Origin: Moniliella sp. 'wahieum'
Taxonomy: Eukaryota
Direction: 5' to 3'
NCBI GenBank assembly: GCA_003971905.1
Contig: RSEE01000050.1
Coordinates: forward strand, 124,001 to 188,000
DNA length: 64,000 nt
Each line of letters begins with the position of its first letter. Within the stretch, counting starts at the first letter, position 1. Positions 63,661 to 64,000 of the stretch are shown here, in pieces. The notes under the pieces are model-generated. The model was given only the letters and a program-made list of their open reading frames with translations, ran no database searches and was not told where the DNA came from. Made by a program: the position numbers and the translations under genes.

Positions 63661-64000
63661 GGAACAAATTGTGCAGCGGCGCAAAGAACTGTCGGAGATC
63701 TGCCCAGCGGTCTGCTACCGGTGAGGAGGGAGATGGTTGACTAAGGAATGAATTACTGGAGCCTCGGGAAGATCTGCTCCGGAATAAATCGGAGGCGGAA
63801 TGGGCTGGGCCGCAGGTGACGTCCACTCAACAAGAACAGAGGGCAATGGGTTAATGAGGTCGAAGGGGGCTTGCATGTTACACGTTCGGCGTTATGATGT
63901 CACGGGCATTGGTTGCATCAAGCATCGGGCCATCAGGCCATGATGGTGGGGTGTGTGCGTTGGGCTGGGCTGCGCTGGGCGTGTTCGGGCGAGTGTGGCG

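Noticed and set aside
1..64000. tRNA, rRNA, snRNA genes and telomeric repeat tracts
   Set aside because: None recognised by eye; a tRNAscan/Infernal run would be needed to exclude them.

Overview
Eukaryotic, fungal DNA. It is most likely a basidiomycete; short GT-AG introns with CTAAC/CTGAC branch points, sparse introns and GC-rich coding fit Ustilaginomycotina-like yeasts, but that placement is inference. Almost every gene carries many 1-bp indels, which points to an unpolished long-read assembly rather than true pseudogenes. Positions 1-54 kb hold ordinary genes: FKS1 glucan synthase, a SUR7/PalI protein, G6PD, an HSL-type hydrolase, a C2H2 factor, UBA1, HSP90, a METTL21-type methyltransferase, BIR1, CSN2, a Cid1-type nucleotidyltransferase, catalase, an XPG/FEN1-like nuclease, eIF4B, an Aro8-like aminotransferase and several small membrane proteins. 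Positions 54.6-64 kb are transposon-rich, with a CRE/SLACS-clade non-LTR retroelement and a 5.36-kb CACTA/EnSpm-like DNA transposon with perfect 22-bp TIRs. Two unexplained signals stand out. First, that DNA transposon is flanked exactly by a ~312-bp direct duplication instead of a 2-3-bp TSD. Second, intergenic DNA across the window carries 7-bp-period micro-arrays of a T(C/G)A spacer plus a 4-bp unit that is usually palindromic and differs from locus to locus (AGCT, TCGA, CTAG, CATG, ACGT, GGCC, GATC, TGCA, GTAC, CCGG).
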